DNA of 64,000 bases. It comes from an uncultured Gammaproteobacteria bacterium (lineage in GTDB: Bacteria; Patescibacteriota; Patescibacteriia; UBA10025; JAHIVO01). Shown here in pieces: positions 10,036 to 21,371 of this stretch. The DNA lies in contig CAZQBL010000013.1 in assembly GCA_964592105.1 (NCBI GenBank), positions 17,706-81,705 of the forward strand, in the 5' to 3' direction. The translations under genes were made by a program, and so were the position numbers. The notes below the pieces were generated by a model. It saw only the letters and a program-made list of their open reading frames with translations, did not search any database and had not been told where the DNA came from. Position 1 is the stretch's first letter. Each line of letters starts with the position of its first letter.

Positions 10036-10617
10036 CTATCTTTCTCCTAAGCGACGGGTAAATTTATCTTTAATATTTTTAAAATCTAAAAATGATTTCT
10101 TCTTCTGTTCTTCGGGTTTTGTCAAGATCTCGGTCTTACCTTTAGACTCATGCTTAATTTCTTTGAAATCAACCACTGGCCGGGCAGTTTCCTTTTCCTT
10201 TGTCGGCGTAGTATGGACTGACGACTTGGCTACTGATTTGACCGTCTTTATCTTGCCCTTCACTTTGGTCTTAGGTGGTGTAACTTTGAGCTCGTCTAAA
10301 ATAATAGTGATGTGCGAGGATCTTTTTAAAATCGGAGTGGCCCGTCCAAAGGCCCGAGGTCTCCAGCGCTTCAACTTTGGCCCTTCGTCAACCATTATCC
10401 TTTTTATAAAAAGATTATCTTTCTTTAATTTAAAATTGTTTTCTGCGTTAGCCACGGCAGAATTCAAAAGTTTCAGCATTGGCCTGGCCGAACCTTTGGA
10501 CAGGAACAACAACTGACTTTCAGCAGCCACCACTGTTTTAGATCTAATAAGATCAGCTACTAATCTGACTTTACGCGGGGCAATTCTTAAAAATCTCAAT
10601 TTGGCCTTAACTTCCAT
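10036..10617 (-). CDS. rplV: 50S ribosomal protein L22 with long Lys-rich C-terminal extension
   Basis: MEVKAKLRFLRIAPRKVRLVADLIR L22 N-terminus; 193 aa vs ~115 typical. Confidence 0.8.
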   Translation of the reverse strand: MEVKAKLRFLRIAPRKVRLVADLIRSKTVVAAESQLLFLSKGSARPMLKLLNSAVANAENNFKLKKDNLFIKRIMVDEGPKLKRWRPRAFGRATPILKRSSHITIILDELKVTPPKTKVKGKIKTVKSVAKSSVHTTPTKEKETARPVVDFKEIKHESKGKTEILTKPEEQKKKSFLDFKNIKDKFTRRLGER

Positions 10618-10632
10618 AGTTCAAAAAAATTT

Positions 10633-10995
10633 TTATTCGCTCTTAAGAGTCTTAGCGCCGGTCGTTGAGGCTTTCTCCTGAGCCGAAGCTAATTCTTTTT
10701 TCTGATTTTCAGCTGCTGCCATTTCAGCTTCGCGTTGCATACGACCACCATGTTTGACGAACTTGCGCGTTGGGGCAAATTCTCCCAGACGATGCCCAAC
10801 CATATTCTCCACAACATAAACCGAAATGTGATCTTTACCATTATGGACACCAAAGGTAAACCCGACCATTTCCGGCGTCACGACTGAATCTCGCGACCAA
10901 GTTTTAATAATTGTCTTGTCGCCAATTTTAAGCTTTGATACTTTCTTCAACAGCTTGGGATCAGTGAATGGACCTTTTTTTATACTCCTGGACAT
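10633..10995 (-). CDS. rpsS: 30S ribosomal protein S19 (C-terminal extension)
   Basis: [19 protein letters not shown] signature; 120 aa. Confidence 0.85.
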   Translation of the reverse strand: MSRSIKKGPFTDPKLLKKVSKLKIGDKTIIKTWSRDSVVTPEMVGFTFGVHNGKDHISVYVVENMVGHRLGEFAPTRKFVKHGGRMQREAEMAAAENQKKELASAQEKASTTGAKTLKSE

Positions 10996-11036
10996 ATATT
11001 ATTATAAATTACTACTTTTAAAGTTAATTAGTTTGC

Positions 11037-11867
11037 CTAGATCCGTTTTTTAATAATAAATTTATCCGAATATTTACCTGTCTTCCTAGTTTTGACACCC
11101 AGCGCCGGCTTACCCCACGGGGTTTTCGGGTGTTTCATGCCGATCGGATTGTGACCCTCGCCACCGCCATGCGGATGATCAACCGGATTCATGGCTTTGC
11201 CGCGGACCGATGGTTTTATGCCCATCCACCGCTTTTTCCCGGCCTTGCCTAATCTAATATTAAAATGATCCGCATTGGAAACTTGACCAATAGTAGCACA
11301 ACAATCCTTGTGGAATAACCTAACTTCTCCTGAAGGCAATTTTATCTGGGCATAATCCCCCTCCAAGGCCTGAATAATAGCCCCAGCACCGGCGGAACGA
11401 ACCATTTGCGCCCCCGAGCCTGGCTGGATTTCCAAATCATATACCATTATACCTATTGGCATTTTAGACAGGGGCAGGCGGTTGCCAATTTTTATTTCTG
11501 CCCTTTCCAAAGAAGATAAAATTTTATCCCCAACTTTTAGGCCTTCTGGTGCGACAATGTAGCTTTTATCTCCATCAGAATACTGAATCAGCGCCAGATG
11601 GGCAGTTCGGTTAGGATCATACTCCAGAGCCATGACTGTAGCCGGATCATTGTAATGCCGGCGAACATTATCAATGATTCTGACAAAACGTTTGTGACCA
11701 CCGCCTCTATGTCTAACCGTAATTTTACCTTTGTTATTGCGGCCGGCTGGCCGTTTCTTTGAAACTAAAAGATTTTTCTCGGGTCGTTTCTTTGAAAGAT
11801 GCGAAGTGTCTATGACAGAAGCATGTCGGCGACCTGGAGTGGTGGGTTTGTAAGATTTTATCGACAT
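11037..11867 (-). CDS. rplB: 50S ribosomal protein L2
   Basis: 276 aa, GGGHKR and RNxxG motifs. Confidence 0.9.
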   Translation of the reverse strand: MSIKSYKPTTPGRRHASVIDTSHLSKKRPEKNLLVSKKRPAGRNNKGKITVRHRGGGHKRFVRIIDNVRRHYNDPATVMALEYDPNRTAHLALIQYSDGDKSYIVAPEGLKVGDKILSSLERAEIKIGNRLPLSKMPIGIMVYDLEIQPGSGAQMVRSAGAGAIIQALEGDYAQIKLPSGEVRLFHKDCCATIGQVSNADHFNIRLGKAGKKRWMGIKPSVRGKAMNPVDHPHGGGEGHNPIGMKHPKTPWGKPALGVKTRKTGKYSDKFIIKKRI

Positions 11868-11880
11868 AAGCTTAATTTTT

Positions 11881-12387
11881 TTATAATCCTTCCTGAATAT
11901 CTATCTTTTCTCCTTGATTCAGGGTAATGATGGCCTTTTTCCAGCTTTTAGTGCGCCCTTCAGTGCGACCATATCTAATTTTTTTTCCGGAAAAATTCAT
12001 TATATTAACTTTAATGGGATCAACACCGTAAACTTTGCGTATGGCTTTGCGTACCTCCACTTTATTGGTTTCGGGAGCAACGGCAAAAACATACTGATTG
12101 GCCGAGCTTAAATAAGAACCTTTTTCGGTAATTAAAGGATGCGTCAGTACCTTGTAAGCATCACCGGTTTCTTCCTTTTTCTGTTTGGCTTTTTTGGACT
12201 TGACCTCGGCTTTTTTCGTAGTTTCCACCAGTTTGCCGTCAGGGGTCACTACCATCTGTCGTTTTGTCTCGGTTACCGTTTTTGGCTGTTCTTTTTTCTC
12301 GACCTTCGACAGCTTGGAAGTCGTCTCTTTTTTTTGTGGAGTTTTGGCCGAAGTTTCTTTTTTCTTAAAAACGTCTAATAGTCCCAT
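11881..12387 (-). CDS. rplW: 50S ribosomal protein L23 with ~75-aa Lys/Thr-rich N-terminal extension
   Basis: core [16 protein letters not shown]...; extension precedes. Confidence 0.75.
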   Translation of the reverse strand: MGLLDVFKKKETSAKTPQKKETTSKLSKVEKKEQPKTVTETKRQMVVTPDGKLVETTKKAEVKSKKAKQKKEETGDAYKVLTHPLITEKGSYLSSANQYVFAVAPETNKVEVRKAIRKVYGVDPIKVNIMNFSGKKIRYGRTEGRTKSWKKAIITLNQGEKIDIQEGL

Positions 12388-12393
12388 AAAAAA

Positions 12394-13020
12394 TTACAAA
12401 TATGTTTGACTAATCACCTTTAAACTGTCCTGGGGGCATAAAATAAATTCGTGGGCCACTACTTCATAAACATTCAAACTATCGGCGGAAATTGATTTAG
12501 CGTACGGTAAATTCCTAACTGATTTAATAATCTTGTGATCAGTCTTAGGCAGGATCACAAGAATTGTTCCTTTCAAAGGTAATTTCGAAATTACATTTAA
12601 AAACGATTTAGTTTTTATGGCCGACAATTCCAGCTTATCCAAGACAACTAATTTTTTATTAATAGCCTTGTCGGCCAAAGCCATAAACAGGGCGAGTCTT
12701 TTGGCTTTTTTATTCATGCCCAAGGAAAAATTACGATTTTTTCTAGGACCAAACGTCACTCCACCACCTTTCCATATCGGTGAGCGGATGGAGCCATGTC
12801 TGGCTCGGCCAGTGCCTTTCTGACGCCACGGTTTTTTACCGCCGCCACGAACCTCAGCCCTAGTCTTAGTATGGGCCAAAACCAAGCGACTATTGGCCAG
12901 CTGCGTGCGAATCGCCTGCTGGACCAAAGTCGGCTTAACTTTAACGCCGAAAATTTTCGGTTCCAAAGTTAATTCACCAACTTCCTTGCCCATCATATTG
13001 TAAACTTTTGTCTTCTGCAT
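12394..13020 (-). CDS. rplD: 50S ribosomal protein L4
   Basis: RGGGKKPWRQKGTGRARHGS motif. Confidence 0.85.
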   Translation of the reverse strand: MQKTKVYNMMGKEVGELTLEPKIFGVKVKPTLVQQAIRTQLANSRLVLAHTKTRAEVRGGGKKPWRQKGTGRARHGSIRSPIWKGGGVTFGPRKNRNFSLGMNKKAKRLALFMALADKAINKKLVVLDKLELSAIKTKSFLNVISKLPLKGTILVILPKTDHKIIKSVRNLPYAKSISADSLNVYEVVAHEFILCPQDSLKVISQTYL

Positions 13021-13077
13021 AATTATTTACTTTTTACCTCTTCCTTACTCTCTTTCGGGGTCTTCGGCCTCACGACT

Positions 13078-13761
13078 TTATTTTATTTTTTCCTTCTGCT
13101 CCGGGCTAACCACGGTCGGTTCTGCCTCGGCTGAGGCCGCGACCATCTCGCCAGTTGTGCGGATCATTAAAAGTCCTCTATTGCTACCTGGCAGTGCGCC
13201 TTTGACATACATAAGGTTATTTTCCTTATCAATCTCCACTACTTCCAAATTATCAATAGTAACTCTTTGATTGCCCATATGGCCGGCCATACGGCGACCT
13301 TTTGGCACGCGCTGAGGGGCCGTGGCGCCGACAGAACCCGGCATCCGCAGTTGATCTTTGTGTCCGTGGGAAGCGGGTGATCCGCCGAAACCATGACGCC
13401 TGACCACACCCTGAAAGCCCTTACCTTTAGAGTAGCCGGTAACAGTCAGTTTGTCCCCGACCTGAAAATTTTCTACGGTTATCTTATCGCCACGTTTAAC
13501 AGTGGCCGGCTTATCTATTTTGACTTCTTTTAAAAATTTAAGTGGTACAAGCCCCTTGAGATGGCCCCGCACTGGTTGGCTTATTTTGCGGACTTTCTGG
13601 AAGCCCAGCTGAATGGCATCATAACCATCCTTAGCCTTGGTTTTAACCTGAGTAACGAAACATGGCCCGGCCATAACAACAGTTACAGGCAAGACGCGTC
13701 CGTCTTCTTTGAACCTTTGAGTCATTCCAATTTTTGTAGCCAAGATAAATTTCATAGACAA
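13078..13761 (-). CDS. rplC: 50S ribosomal protein L3
   Basis: ATKIGMTQ..., GKGFQGVVRRHGF motif. Confidence 0.9.
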   Translation of the reverse strand: MSMKFILATKIGMTQRFKEDGRVLPVTVVMAGPCFVTQVKTKAKDGYDAIQLGFQKVRKISQPVRGHLKGLVPLKFLKEVKIDKPATVKRGDKITVENFQVGDKLTVTGYSKGKGFQGVVRRHGFGGSPASHGHKDQLRMPGSVGATAPQRVPKGRRMAGHMGNQRVTIDNLEVVEIDKENNLMYVKGALPGSNRGLLMIRTTGEMVAASAEAEPTVVSPEQKEKIK

Positions 13762-14100
13762 AATAAAAATCCGGTGTATGAATTAACGCCAGAGTTCATT
13801 AAATTCCGGCGCCAAACTACCGGTCTTTTAGTATACTACTGGCAAATCGTTATCTAAGGATTACCCTATCTATAAACCTAAGAATTTTCATCCTTAGAAC
13901 CTATCTACCTATTAAATTTTTAAAAATATATATACACCACTCACTCCACTAATCCATATATCGCGCATGCCCCGCGAAACTTAACGGGCGAAGCGGGGAA
14001 TCCAACGAATAATCACGAATAATCTTAAAAAAATCTGAATGAATTATTTTGTGGGTTTTTATTGATATTAGAAAGTGATAATAAATTCGTGATTATATTA

Positions 14101-14571
14101 CTACATTTTAATTTCCACGTCAACCCCTGAAGGCAAATTTAGACTCATCATGGCATCTATAGTTTTTGGGGTGGGATTTATGACTTCTATCAGACGCTTG
14201 TGAATGCGCATTTCATATTGCTCGCGAGCATTCTTATGGACAAAAGTCGAGCGATTCACCGTGTACTTCTTTTTTTCCGTGGGCAATGGAATTGGTCCCT
14301 TGGTTTGCGCGCCGGTACGTTTAGCCGTATCCAAGATTGTCCGCGTCGACTGATCAATTATTTTATGATCATAAGCGCGAATTCTGATACGAATGCGCTG
14401 CTGTGTTTCTTCGTTACTGTTGGCTGGCGCAACGGCAGCGGTCGGTTTGTTGTCCGCCAAGTCTTCGATTTTCTTATTTTCCTGTTTTAGCATGTCAGTA
14501 TTAATGTGAGAATTAATCCCAAGCCCGCACCGCCAAGCCTGATCAGCTGAAAGCAAAGAGTCAAGGTGCAA
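14101..14571 (-). CDS. rpsJ: 30S ribosomal protein S10 (start uncertain; alternative Met at 14493)
   Basis: [17 protein letters not shown]...[36 protein letters not shown]. Confidence 0.85.
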   Translation of the reverse strand: MHLDSLLSADQAWRCGLGINSHINTDMLKQENKKIEDLADNKPTAAVAPANSNEETQQRIRIRIRAYDHKIIDQSTRTILDTAKRTGAQTKGPIPLPTEKKKYTVNRSTFVHKNAREQYEMRIHKRLIEVINPTPKTIDAMMSLNLPSGVDVEIKM

Positions 14572-14613
14572 GGCAACTTACTAACTAAAAAATGTTTTTT
14601 AAAGAAGAAAAAA

Positions 14614-15798
14614 CTATTTAATGATCTTGGAAACCACGCCCGCACCGACAGTACGTCCACCCTCGCGGATGGCAAAATTCTGCTGTTCTTCCAAAGCAAT
14701 TGGTACGATCAATTTAATTTTAAGTTTGACACTGTCCCCCGGCATGACCATTTCGGTTTTTTCCGGTAATTCAACCTCTCCGGTAACATCAGTAGTTCGA
14801 ATATAAAATTGGGGTTTATAGCCTTTGAAAAACGGGGTGTGCCGGCCGCCTTCCTCTTTAGTCAAAACATAAACCTCTCCCTCAAATTCAGTATGAGGCG
14901 TTACCGACCCAGGTTTAGCGATAACCTGGCCCCTCTCCACATCATCTTTCTTGATGCCTCTAAGCAGAATGCCAGCATTGTCCCCGGCTCGACCTTCATC
15001 CAAAGATTTGTTGAACATTTCAATGCCGGTCACCACGGTTTTAGTTGTCGGCTTGAGACCAACAATTTCAACTTCGTCATTTAATTTAACTACCCCTCGA
15101 TCAATCTTACCGGTAACCACGGTACCGCGACCTTCAATGGAAAAGATGTCTTCGATAGGCATAAGAAACGGCTTATCGACATCGCGCTTCGGCTCAGGAA
15201 TAAATTCATCCAGTGCTTTAGCCAATTCCATAATCGCTTCTTTGTGCTTTTCATCGCCTTCCAAAGCTTTCAAAGCGGAACCTTTGATGATCGGGGTGGT
15301 ATCACCTGGATAATTGTATTTCTTCAATAAATCACGAACTTCAACTTCAACTAGATCAATCAGTTCTTTATCATCAACCATATCAACTTTATTCAAAAAG
15401 ACAATGATGTTCGGCACGCCAACTTGGTGAGCCAAAAGAATATGTTCACGGGTCTGAGGCATGGGTCCGTCGGCAGCAGAAACCACCAAAATAGCTCCAT
15501 CCATCTGGGCGGCGCCGGTAATCATGTTTTTGACATAATCAGCATGACCCGGACAATCAATATGAGCATAATGTCTTTTTTCAGTTTCATATTCCACGTG
15601 AGCAGTAGCAATGGTAATACCACGCTCTTTTTCTTCGGGAGCATTGTCAATTTGATCAACGGATTTTTCCTGAGCATTAAAACCCTTTTCTTTTAAAACT
15701 TTAAGTATAGCCGCAGTTAACGTGGTCTTTCCGTGGTCAACATGGCCAATAGTACCAACGTTGACGTGCGGTTTTGTTCTTTCGAATTTAGCTGCCAT
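14614..15798 (-). CDS. tuf: elongation factor Tu
   Basis: [22 protein letters not shown] motifs; 394 aa. Confidence 0.95.
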   Translation of the reverse strand: MAAKFERTKPHVNVGTIGHVDHGKTTLTAAILKVLKEKGFNAQEKSVDQIDNAPEEKERGITIATAHVEYETEKRHYAHIDCPGHADYVKNMITGAAQMDGAILVVSAADGPMPQTREHILLAHQVGVPNIIVFLNKVDMVDDKELIDLVEVEVRDLLKKYNYPGDTTPIIKGSALKALEGDEKHKEAIMELAKALDEFIPEPKRDVDKPFLMPIEDIFSIEGRGTVVTGKIDRGVVKLNDEVEIVGLKPTTKTVVTGIEMFNKSLDEGRAGDNAGILLRGIKKDDVERGQVIAKPGSVTPHTEFEGEVYVLTKEEGGRHTPFFKGYKPQFYIRTTDVTGEVELPEKTEMVMPGDSVKLKIKLIVPIALEEQQNFAIREGGRTVGAGVVSKIIK

Positions 15799-16043
15799 AG
15801 TGATGTATTTCCTTAAAATTTAAACTTTTTAAATGAATTATATTAAATTGCACTATCGATTATAGCAATGTTCGCCCATTTAAGCAAGATGACCCCATAA
15901 TCCAATATAATTAATCCTTAAAAACCATTTAAAAAAACGAGTATTTTAGCGAAAATATGGTTTTTAACGTTTTTTCCCAAGTTCGTGGAAAATAACCGAT
16001 AAAAACTTATCCCCAAGAGGTGTGGATATCGACTGACTGCGAT

Positions 16044-18137
16044 TTATCTTCCCTTTGGCGCACCATTTGTTTTCGCCCCGATGATCTGTTCCGTGACATT
16101 GCGCGGCACGATCTGATAGTTAGAAAATTCCATGGAATACGAAGCTCGGCCTTGTGACATGGAGCGGAGCTGAGTGGCATAGCCGAACATCTCTGCCAAC
16201 GGAACTGTGGCATCGATTATCTTCATCATACCGCGTTCGCGCATCTCATTGATGCTAGCGCGCTTTGAATTTAAATCACCAATAATATCCCCCATGAATT
16301 TTTCCGGGGTGACTACTTCAACCTTCATAATCGGCTCCAAAAGTACCAGGCCCGCGCGTCGTGATGCTTCTTGAAGGGCTATTGAACCGGCAATTTTAAA
16401 AGCCGCTTCTGACGAATCAACTTCATGATAACTACCATCAAGCAGTGTCGCCTTAATATCAACCAACGGGTAATGAGCCAAAACACCTCGCTCCATGGCT
16501 TCTTTGATGCCTTTTTCAATCGGAGCAATATATTCCCTGGGTATGTTGCCACCCTTGACTTCATCAACGAATTCAAAACCTTCACCGCGATTCTTAGGCT
16601 CCACCCGAATTATACAATGACCGTATTGACCGCGACCGCCGGACTGACGAATGTATTTACCTTCGGCCTCGGCAATTTTGGTAATAGTCTCTTTATAAGC
16701 AACCTGGGGCCGACCAACATTGGCTTCAACTTTAAACTCTCGCCTCATACGGTCGACAATAATATCCAAATGCAACTCGCCCATGCCGGAAATGATTGTC
16801 TGATTAATTTCCTCGTCGGATTTAATGCGAAAAGTCGGGTCTTCCTCAGCCAGTTTAGCCAGGGCCAAGCCCATTTTTTCCTGATCTGCCTTGGTCTTGG
16901 GCTCGATGGCCACGGAAATGACCGGCTCGGGAAAAGTAATTGATTCTAAAACAATAGGGTTGTCAGGATCACACAAGGTATTACCAGTAGTCGTATTTTT
17001 CAAACCAACAGCAGCAGCAATCTCCCCAGCAAAAACCTCCTTAACTTCCTCGCGATGGTTTGCGTGCATACGCACAATGCGACCCACGCGTTCTTTGAAA
17101 TCCTTCGTGGTATTCAGAACATAGGAACCAGCATCAATTTTTCCTGAATAAACTCGGAAAAAAGTCAACGTACCTACGTAGGGGTCCGTAGCCACTTTGA
17201 AAGCCAGAGCGGAAAATGGCTGATTATCGTCTGCCAAACGCTCAATTTCCCCCTTTGTCTTGGGATCAATTCCTTTAACCGGCGGTATGTCCAAAGGTGA
17301 AGGCAAATATTCAACCACCGCGTCCAACAAAAACTGAATTCCCTTATTTTTCAACGCCGAACCCACTAAGATAGGCATAATCTTATTTTCAATTGTAGCC
17401 CGTCTCAGCACGCGCCGCAACTCTTCATTGGAAATATCCTGATTGTCCAGATATTTTTGCAAAAGCGCGTCGTCCTGTTCAGCTATTTTTTCTACCATGG
17501 CGTGGCGGTATTCCTCAACTTTATCCTTCATATCCTCCGGAATGGTCGTTTCTTCAAATTCCTTACCTAAATCATCTTTATAAATAACTGCTTTTCGCTC
17601 GAATAAATCAATAATTCCTTTAAAATTTACTTCGGCGCCAATAGGTAATTGAATTGGTACGGCGTTGGGGGTAAGACGCTCTTTGATGGCTGTCACATCA
17701 GCATAAAAATCAGCTCCTGTTCTGTCCATTTTATTTATAAAACCCATCAGCGGAACCTTAAACTTTTCCGCCTGATGGAAAACAGTCTCTGACTGTGGTT
17801 CCACACCGGCCACGCCGTCAAAAACAATAAAACCGCCGTCCAGCACACGCAAACTACGCTGCACCTCAACGGTAAAATCAATATGCCCTGGAGTATCGAT
17901 CAAATTCAGACGATGACCCTTCCAGAAACAGGTCGTGGCCGCGGAAGTAATGGTAATACCGCGTTCTTTTTCTTGTTCCATCCAGTCCATTTCCGCCGCA
18001 CCCTCATGAACCTCTCCAATCTTGTGCTTTTTTCCGGTATAAAAAAGTATCCGCTCGGAGACGGTAGTCTTACCGGCGTCAATATGAGCTATCACGCCGA
18101 TATTTCTGGTCTTTTCTAAACTGTATTCACGAGGCAT
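16044..18137 (-). CDS. fusA: elongation factor G
   Basis: [17 protein letters not shown]; 697 aa. Confidence 0.95.
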   Translation of the reverse strand: MPREYSLEKTRNIGVIAHIDAGKTTVSERILFYTGKKHKIGEVHEGAAEMDWMEQEKERGITITSAATTCFWKGHRLNLIDTPGHIDFTVEVQRSLRVLDGGFIVFDGVAGVEPQSETVFHQAEKFKVPLMGFINKMDRTGADFYADVTAIKERLTPNAVPIQLPIGAEVNFKGIIDLFERKAVIYKDDLGKEFEETTIPEDMKDKVEEYRHAMVEKIAEQDDALLQKYLDNQDISNEELRRVLRRATIENKIMPILVGSALKNKGIQFLLDAVVEYLPSPLDIPPVKGIDPKTKGEIERLADDNQPFSALAFKVATDPYVGTLTFFRVYSGKIDAGSYVLNTTKDFKERVGRIVRMHANHREEVKEVFAGEIAAAVGLKNTTTGNTLCDPDNPIVLESITFPEPVISVAIEPKTKADQEKMGLALAKLAEEDPTFRIKSDEEINQTIISGMGELHLDIIVDRMRREFKVEANVGRPQVAYKETITKIAEAEGKYIRQSGGRGQYGHCIIRVEPKNRGEGFEFVDEVKGGNIPREYIAPIEKGIKEAMERGVLAHYPLVDIKATLLDGSYHEVDSSEAAFKIAGSIALQEASRRAGLVLLEPIMKVEVVTPEKFMGDIIGDLNSKRASINEMRERGMMKIIDATVPLAEMFGYATQLRSMSQGRASYSMEFSNYQIVPRNVTEQIIGAKTNGAPKGR

Positions 18138-18357
18138 ATTATTTACTTGTTTTATCTAATAATTTATTAATTTTCTCATTTATTTCATTAAGTTTTTGAT
18201 CGAAATTTCTCAAATATTCGCAAATTTTTTATCATTCAATTCAGATAATTTTAATTTTTCCAAATTTTCTGCGATATTATTTAATTCGTTATATATCTTT
18301 ACTAGAGACTAGATACTCAATCCACTCCCAGCACTCAATCGCTTTGGCTCGCCTCAA

Positions 18358-18612
18358 TTAAACTTCATCATTGATGGTTAGTTTTTTCTTTCCTTGTTCT
18401 GTCTTTTGAACCGAAGTCGATTTTGTTTCCCGAGCTGTCGATGGCGTTGGTACGCCCAAGACCAATTTTAGATATTCATCAATCTCCTTTTCCTGATCAG
18501 CCCAGGTAATTTTTCCGGAACGAACATCAGCTTTGAATTGTTCCATCAGATCTTCTGCACTCTTGTGAGCTTTTTCTTGCTGCCTCAACAAATTCTTATT
18601 TACATCCTGCAT
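18358..18612 (-). CDS. hypothetical 84-aa charged protein inserted between rpsG and fusA
   Basis: ORF only; no recognisable motif; sits in a 675-bp gap inside the normally contiguous str operon. Confidence 0.35.
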   Translation of the reverse strand: MQDVNKNLLRQQEKAHKSAEDLMEQFKADVRSGKITWADQEKEIDEYLKLVLGVPTPSTARETKSTSVQKTEQGKKKLTINDEV

Positions 18613-18812
18613 CTATTCCTCAAAATCGTGCCGACCTCGGGAACGCCCTAGTGTTAGTGATGCTCGACTCTATGTTTTTGCCAATCATCATATTCCTTCT
18701 GTACTACCTCAATATTCTCTACTACTAAAACAGGATGGTCGGTAGCGTGAGCGCCTCTCGGTTAGTCACATTTTTCGCAGATTGATTGTGACTCATGTTC
18801 CACCATATTGAT

Positions 18813-19277
18813 TCATGCAAAATGAGCAAAAGCACGATTGGCTTCGGCCATCCGATGCACGTCTTGACGTTTTTTCATGGCTTCGCCCTGTTTAGTAGAA
18901 GCGTCAATCAATTCCTGGGCAATTTTTTCCCTCATCGGCGCGCCTTTGCGACGCCTGGCCGCTTCAATTATCCAGCGCATGGCCAGGGTCAATTGCCTAT
19001 CGCCTCTAACTTCAACCGGTACCTGATAATTAGCACCACCGATACGACGAGACTTAACCTCAAGTATCGGGGCCACATTCTTTATAGCTTGCTCAAAAAC
19101 GGCTAAACTATCTTTTTTTGTCTTGGCAGCAATAATATCCAAAGCCCCATAAACCACGCTTTCGGCCACTGTTTTTTTGCCGCGCCTCATAACGTGGTTA
19201 ATGAACTTGGCTAGGGTTAAATTATTGAATTTAGAATCACCGGGTATTTTTCTTTTGGGTGCTGGTTTGCCTCGCAT
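18813..19277 (-). CDS. rpsG: 30S ribosomal protein S7
   Basis: S7 N-terminal and core motifs, operon position after rpsL. Confidence 0.9.
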   Translation of the reverse strand: MRGKPAPKRKIPGDSKFNNLTLAKFINHVMRRGKKTVAESVVYGALDIIAAKTKKDSLAVFEQAIKNVAPILEVKSRRIGGANYQVPVEVRGDRQLTLAMRWIIEAARRRKGAPMREKIAQELIDASTKQGEAMKKRQDVHRMAEANRAFAHFA

Positions 19278-19280
19278 ATA

Positions 19281-19697
19281 TTATTTTTCCTTTTTAACTC
19301 CGTACAGACTTCGGCCTTGTTTACGGTCAGCCACGCCTTGGGTATCATAAACACCCCTGACAACATGGTACCTGACACCAGGCAGGTCTTTAACACGACC
19401 GCCACGGATCAAAACTATGGAGTGTTCCTGCAAATTGTGACCAATTCCAGGAATATAAGCGGTAACCTCCATCCCATTGGAAAGTCTGACTCTAGCAATT
19501 TTTCTCAAGGCTGAATTAGGTTTCTTGGGCGTGGTGGTAGTAACTTTGACGCAAACACCGCGCTTGAATGGCGAACCCTTTGGCAATTCGGTCCGCTTCC
19601 GGCATATGGTATTCAAAACAGGAGCCAAGGCCGGAGTTTTTGATTTTTTACCGATAGTTTTTCGGCCTTTTCTGATTAGTTGATTAATGGTAGGCAT
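19281..19697 (-). CDS. rpsL: 30S ribosomal protein S12
   Basis: [13 protein letters not shown]..., [10 protein letters not shown] motif. Confidence 0.95.
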   Translation of the reverse strand: MPTINQLIRKGRKTIGKKSKTPALAPVLNTICRKRTELPKGSPFKRGVCVKVTTTTPKKPNSALRKIARVRLSNGMEVTAYIPGIGHNLQEHSIVLIRGGRVKDLPGVRYHVVRGVYDTQGVADRKQGRSLYGVKKEK

Positions 19698-19963
19698 ATT
19701 TTCTCATAAATATTTAGTCACAAATCTCACTAAATCCTTTAAACGACTGTTTCGCAAATAAACGTGTTGATTCCCCACTTCGCAAGCAGGTTTCGCGGGG
19801 TAAGCGTGATAATTGATTAGTGGTATTTAATTTTTTAATGAATTAACTCAAATAAAAAAGTATCATAATGACGATACCCGAGTTCGGCTTCATACTAACA
19901 CGGGCATCAAACAATGTCAAGATTCATCGGGTAATAAGTAAAATCATTCGGAAAATGAACCTC

Positions 19964-20584
19964 TCAGCCAAAAATCCTTATAACAAATGAATAGAGTATC
20001 CGAAACAATGAGTAAAAAAGCGAGCCGCCGAAAATCACAAAAGTCAAAAGTATCCATGGTCCATAAACTTCGAATCTAACTATCAAGTCCTGCCTGGCTG
20101 GCGGAATAACGGCATAAAGCAGCTTGGAGCCGTCTAGTGGCGGTAGAGGCAACAAATTAAACACGGCTAAAACGAAATTAATGTAAATAAGAACTCCCAG
20201 AAAATTAATCAATAAGTTTTCCGGTCCAAGAACATTATTGATCGTCAGAATTTTCAGAGCAAAACCAAAGATCACGAAACTTAAGATATTTGACGCCGGT
20301 CCGGCTAAAGAAACGAGCACTGGCCCCCATTTTTTATTTTTCAAATTATATGGATTAAAAGGCACCGGCTTGCCCCAGCCAAACCCGGCTAACAACAAAA
20401 CCATGAAACCTACAGGGTCAAGGTGAGCCAAAGGATTAAAAGTCAGCCGTCCCTGGTTAGCGGCTGTCCGATCGCCCTGAAGATAGGCGGCATAAGCATG
20501 CGAAAATTCATGGACGGTAATGGCGTAGATAATAGCCACCAACCAGACAATCAGCAGTTCGGGTTGCGTGATAAGTTGCCACAT
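19964..20584 (-). CDS. site-2 protease family (peptidase M50) membrane zinc metalloprotease
   Basis: HEFSHA (HExxH) in TM helix, multi-TM, LDGG-like motif. Confidence 0.7.
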   Translation of the reverse strand: MWQLITQPELLIVWLVAIIYAITVHEFSHAYAAYLQGDRTAANQGRLTFNPLAHLDPVGFMVLLLAGFGWGKPVPFNPYNLKNKKWGPVLVSLAGPASNILSFVIFGFALKILTINNVLGPENLLINFLGVLIYINFVLAVFNLLPLPPLDGSKLLYAVIPPARQDLIVRFEVYGPWILLTFVIFGGSLFYSLFRILYSFVIRIFG

Positions 20585-20659
20585 AAATATCTAAGACCTT
20601 GACCAAGGTAAAAAAATAAAGTACACTAAGTATACCAAAAATACTAATATCTTCAAGCT

Positions 20660-20839
20660 ATGGCAAAAATCTGTGACATCTGCGGTCGTGGTCCGGCCTC
20701 AGGACACTCCCGAAGCCATTCCAACATCGCCACAAAACGTAAGCACCATCTGAATCTCCAAAACACCACCTACTTGGGCAAGCGAATCAGGATTTGTGTG
20801 AATTGTCTGAAAGCCTTGACCAAAAAGGCTAAAAAATAA
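20660..20839 (+). CDS. rpmB: 50S ribosomal protein L28
   Basis: Hand-translated 59 aa MAKICDICGRGPASGHSRSHSNIATKRKHHLNLQNTTYLGKRIRICVNCLKALTKKAKK; below the 60-aa cutoff of the ORF track. Confidence 0.8.
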   Translation: MAKICDICGRGPASGHSRSHSNIATKRKHHLNLQNTTYLGKRIRICVNCLKALTKKAKK

Positions 20840-20854
20840 CCATTCAAAAAACAC

Positions 20855-20890
20855 AAAACTCCTTTTTACAAATTAAGGAGTTTTTGTTTT
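20855..20890 (+). terminator. rho-independent terminator after rpmB
   Basis: AAAACTCCTT / AAGGAGTTTT 10-bp stem followed by TTTTTGTTTT. Confidence 0.6.
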
Positions 20891-21371
20891 GCTGAATAAC
20901 TACTCGAATTTTTCCAGAGCTTCTCGGGCGTAAAAATGATATCCGGCTGAAGCGCATATTCCGGTATGACTAAAAAACTTTTTTCTGGAAAACAATAAAA
21001 ACCACAGCCGTAAAATCTATCAGTTCATGAATGAGTGACATAAGATTTCCCATAGCAGATTAATTATCATAAAGCGCCTGGTCTTAACAAATAAGTTAGA
21101 AACACAAGGTATTGTAGAAAATGTGTCTGGGGCGTCGCTAAGTGATACTATAAGGTAATATGGTAGATTGAACCCTGGCCTTGACCTCCCGGCAGTTTCA
21201 TTTTGGCTTCGCTCAGGGCTAGCTTTGGTTATTTATCATGCCTGCCCGGCTAACTACGTCAGCAAACGGGCGGGCTTGCCAAGAAAAGTGAAAAAATCAT
21301 TCTGATTAAAGACCAGAGCGCAGGTGCGGAGGCCTTCGCTCGGGTATTATAAAATGATAAAAACTGCCTAT

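Noticed and set aside
9500-10516. 146-aa and 166-aa plus-strand ORFs overlapping rpsC/rplV
   Set aside because: Shadow ORFs opposite conserved ribosomal protein genes
16425-16943. 172-aa plus-strand ORF inside fusA, and 16007..16213- overlapping the fusA 3' end
   Set aside because: EF-G coding is unambiguous; these are frame artefacts
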